Source: Massalongia carnosa (taxonomy: Eukaryota). Taken from it: 64,000 bases of DNA. Position 1 is the stretch's first letter. Each line of letters begins with the position of its first letter. Positions 60,168-64,000 of the stretch are shown here, one piece after another. The notes under the pieces were generated by a model. The model did no database searches. It saw nothing but the letters and a program-made list of their open reading frames with translations, and was not told the DNA's origin. The stretch is from assembly GCA_965645245.1 (NCBI GenBank), contig OZ287073.1, positions 310,001 to 374,000 on the forward strand, written 5' to 3'. Position numbers and translations under genes: made by a program.

Positions 60168-61873
60168 ATGGACTTCATCGCTATTGACAGTATCTCACCA
60201 TTGAGACTAACGTTGAGCTTAGGGACTGTAATCTTCGGATTGTTTCTCAGCGTATGTTGCACGTCCCCAGATTATCAATCTTCCTGGTGTAGAGACTGAG
60301 TGTCAACGGGAAGGCTATCCTGTATGGCATGTGTAGATGCATATTCAACGTCTACTTCCATCCGCTACGGTCTTTTCCTGGTCCGAAGCTCTGGTCGTCG
60401 ACGTTCCTATTGCGCCATGTCGCCAACATGCGTGGTCAATTGGATTGGAGCCTCAAATCACTCCATGAGGAATACGGGGAAGTCGTGCGTTTCTCACCTG
60501 AAGAATTATCCTTCACCAGCGAGCAGGCATGGAAGGATATTTATGGTCATCGAGATGCCCCGTTGATCAAAGACCCAACGTTCTACAACATGGTCAAGCT
60601 GGGCTCAGATGGTGCTGCCAGCATATTCAGCGCGGACCCACAGAATCACCCACGAGTTCGAAAACAACTATCCCATGCTTTCTCGGAAAAAGCTCTTCGC
60701 GATCAAGAGGCGTCGGTCAAGAGCTACGTCAACCTCCTAATCGAGAAATTAAGAGGCGTGGCTGCAGCGGGCAACCCGGCGGACATGGTGGAATGGTATA
60801 ACTTTACGACTTTCGACATGATCGGCGATCTTGCGATTGGGAAATCGTTTGGCTGTCTGAAGGACACCCACTACCACAGCTGGGTCAGTGGAATCTGGAA
60901 AAGTATCAAGATTGGACCCTACATCCGGACCATGGCCACATATACCGACTTAGAGCCACTAATGCGCTTGTTAGCACCACCGAGCATCAAAGAGGCGAGG
61001 GCTAAACATGAGCAATATGTTGAAATCAGTGCCCGAGAGCGTATGAATCAAGGCGTCATGGAGGAACGAAAGGACTTTCTATCTTACATCCTAAAACATC
61101 AAGGGGAGAAAGACGGGCTATCAGACCGAGAAATCACCGCGAACTGCGGGTTCTTAATCCTAGCCGGGTCCGAGACCACAGCTACTGCCCTCTCCGGCAT
61201 CACATATCATCTCCTTAAGACCCCAGCGGCACTACGGAAGGTTACTGAAGAGGTGCGAAACGCTTTTGCGAGAGAGGACGAGATCAATTTTGTCAGCGCT
61301 GGAGTACGCCTTCCATATACGCTTGCCTGTATTAATGAGGGTCTCCGTGTCTATCCGCCAGGGCCAACTATCGCTCCACGACGAACCGCAAAAGGGCGTG
61401 TGACCGCCATCGCCGGTTACCAGGTGCCAGCTTGGGTAGGATATATGTGTTCCCCCGGACCGTCGAGCTCCGTTGGAGGCGTTTATAGATAGGGCTAACG
61501 GTAGCTTTGTTAGACCAACGTGGGTGTCCACGCTCTCTCTGCGACGCGCAGTCCCGCCAACTTTCACCTCCCGGACGCCTTCGTCCCCGAGCGCTGGCTG
61601 TCCTCGACCATCAACGATCCCACCTCGCCATTCTACAATGATCGTCGGGGCGGGTCGCAGCCGTTCAGCATGGGCCCACGAAACTGCCTTGGCAAGAGCC
61701 TAGCATACAACGAGATGCGCGTGATCTTGGCGCGGATCTTGTGGAACTTCGATCTGGAGCTCTGCTCGGATAGTGAGCACTGGGATCGTCAGATCACGTA
61801 CACCTTGTGGGAGAAACTTCCGCTGATGTGTCGATTGCATGATCTACGGAACCGTACCGCGAATGATATCTGA
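60168..61873 (+). CDS. Cytochrome P450 monooxygenase (CYP65-like), about 521 aa; introns 60252-60313 and 61436-61513
   Basis: N-terminal TM helix, HPLRSFPGP, AGSETT, EGLR, PERW, FSMGPRNCLG. Confidence 0.95.
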
Positions 61874-62551
61874 TCACCCAAGGGCTTCGATCCTCGATGA
61901 CATTGCCTGATATACTGTCAAGTCTTGCGGCCATAAACTTGATATAATCATAGACATTCAACTGTCTACGACAGCAAATGCGATGATCTCAAATCATTGC
62001 TTCCACTGCTTCAAGCCTCCAATTTTCAACTCCATGGAGAATTTCACTTGTAGTCATCATCACGAGCGCGAGTATCATCTTTTTGTTTCATCGAAAAACA
62101 CTTCTACGCCATCTCTTGAATAAAAACGATCGCAGCGCTCACAATCAAACGGATCGCTAATCACTTTCCGAAACTATTTCGTGCTTCGCGTGTCAAAAAC
62201 ATTTCAAGTCAGGTTTCCACTTCCTGACGGTTGTTTATGTACATAAATAGCAGTCACAGCGTCACAAGAGAAAATAAGGTTCTAAAATGAACGTTACGTA
62301 AACATTACGAAACGCACGAATCTGGCGTTGATCGAGTCTCACATTTTACAACGATAGCGAGTCGTTACAAGACGAAATTGCAGCTGTATTTGAAAGAATA
62401 TAGCGAAATCATTTACCAATAAAAACGTGAATCGATGTAACGACGTTATTTGACGTCTTTCCTCGAGTTTAGAACCGATTTGAATATCGACTCGCTCTGT
62501 TTTAAAAGTGCGTGGAATGATGGCTGACGGATTTGCACGTCATGGCTCCGT

Positions 62552-63381
62552 TCACCACGGCGAAATCCCGTAATCTCCGCACACTTTTCCCACGTCCGCA
62601 TCCCGATCTCCCCGCACTACCGTCGCGATCCGCTCGCCCCCAACCTCCGGCTCCGCGGCACCCCTCTTCCTAACCTGCTCTGAGTTGACAAAGTTCGTCG
62701 CCACCAGGCCCGGATCGGCCCCGAAGACCTGGAACCCATCCTTGCCGTATCTCACCCAGTACTGGACCATGATCATGTTGAGTGCGGCCTTGCTGCAGCG
62801 GTACTCGTTGGCAGAGGGGTTGTAGTACTTGGAGGTGGGGTCGGCAGCTTGGCTGATGGAGCCGACACTTGAGGAGACGAAAATCAGGCGTGGGGCTGAC
62901 GACTTCTTCAGCAACGGCATGAAGGCCTCCGTGACGCTCACGACGCCGACCACGTTGACCGCCAGGATCTCACGCATGGCATCCCGCGCCTTCGGGTTCT
63001 TGCTGAAGACCCCCGCGTTGTTCACCAGGCAGTCCAGCCGTCCATGCTTGGTCTCCACGTGAGCGGCCGCCGCGTCGACTGACGCGTCGTCCGTCACATC
63101 AAGCTGCACGCTGTCCACCGTGCCGTGGATCGGGAGTGCTTGGAGCGTCGCGACGGCTTCGGTGCCCTTCTTGGCATCGCGGCTGCCGATGAGAATGTGC
63201 CAGGCGGCAGAGCCAAGTAGGAGATTTTTGGCCGTTTCGAAGCCAACGCCTTGATTGGCGCCTACAAGGGCGTGGTCAGCACGCTCTACCAAGGCTCATC
63301 GGAGCTACCGTTTGAGTCTGACCAGCTTGTTGGAGCCAACTCACCAGTGATCAAGACTATGGTTTTGGATGTTGTCGTCAT
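62552..63381 (-). CDS. Short-chain dehydrogenase/reductase, about 248 aa; intron 63344-63262
   Basis: VLITGANQGVG after splicing, LVNNAG, YRCSK. Confidence 0.92.
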
Positions 63382-64000
63382 CCTCGTGCAGCTCTACGGT
63401 ACCTACGATATGTGATGGAAACGAAGATTGAGCTCTCCTTCAAGCAGGTTGTATGTGAGACTATGAAACTCAACCAAGACCTGCGCGTCTCTCGAGAGAA
63501 GAGCCAAATGATTTATGCGCAAGGATCGATGTATGTTGACATTCAACTGGAACGAAGGGGTGAGCGGTCGAGATCGCCGGAGATAACGGGATTAATGGCG
63601 CGGAAGTGGAGTGGAGGACCCTGCTGCTGTAGCTGTCGCTGTGACTATTACTCATTGTTTCACTGCCTCTGTGAGAGAGATGGCCCCGATCACGACCTCT
63701 TCCACTAGCCCAGCGTGTCTGCAAGTCATTATGGTGTGCTCGGTGTGAGACATTGTGTTTGCAGTAAAGGCTACACCATTATTTGGTATTCCCGGCGACC
63801 CGTTGACGCCGCTTCATAGTGAGGTCGAGCATACCCAGCCTACCCTCATACTGCAAGGACCAAGCCCCTGTCCTTCGTAAGGCTCCATTGAAGCGAATTC
63901 TGCCAACGGCGTAGTAAGCGACGAGCGGGGTTCCCTGCAGGAGGAGCTTGGGATAATCAACAATCCCTCGTGCTCTACCATTTGGTGTGAGTGCTTCGGG

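Noticed and set aside
1..64000. Starship captain, Fanzor/TnpB, tRNA or rRNA genes
   Set aside because: No DUF3435, RuvC or recognisable structural RNA gene was found by eye.

Overview
Eukaryotic DNA from a filamentous ascomycete, judged from short GT-AG introns, fungal NLR/HET genes and an HR-PKS cluster. About 48.6 kb is a nested transposon landscape. It holds a decayed Ty3/Gypsy element with self-priming and -1 frameshift signals, two Ty1/Copia elements, a Gypsy integrase-chromodomain remnant, several solo LTRs with exact 5-bp target-site duplications (TSDs), a truncated tyrosine-recombinase-type (DIRS/Ngaro-like) retrotransposon and two tandem Tc1-like transposons. Three apparently intact defence/self-nonself-type genes sit inside this nest: an HNH nuclease, a HeLo-like/NACHT/WD40 NLR with six near-identical repeats, and a HET-domain protein. 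Remnants of DUF3505, dynamin, BCS1 and kinase genes are also present. The last ~15 kb is an apparently intact secondary-metabolite cluster (HR-PKS, 2OG-Fe(II) oxygenase, P450, SDR) that may continue beyond the window. The most unusual signal is the in-frame gag-UGA-CUA-pol junction of the DIRS/Ngaro-like element, a candidate for programmed readthrough. All family calls rest on motif recognition by eye; no database searches were run.
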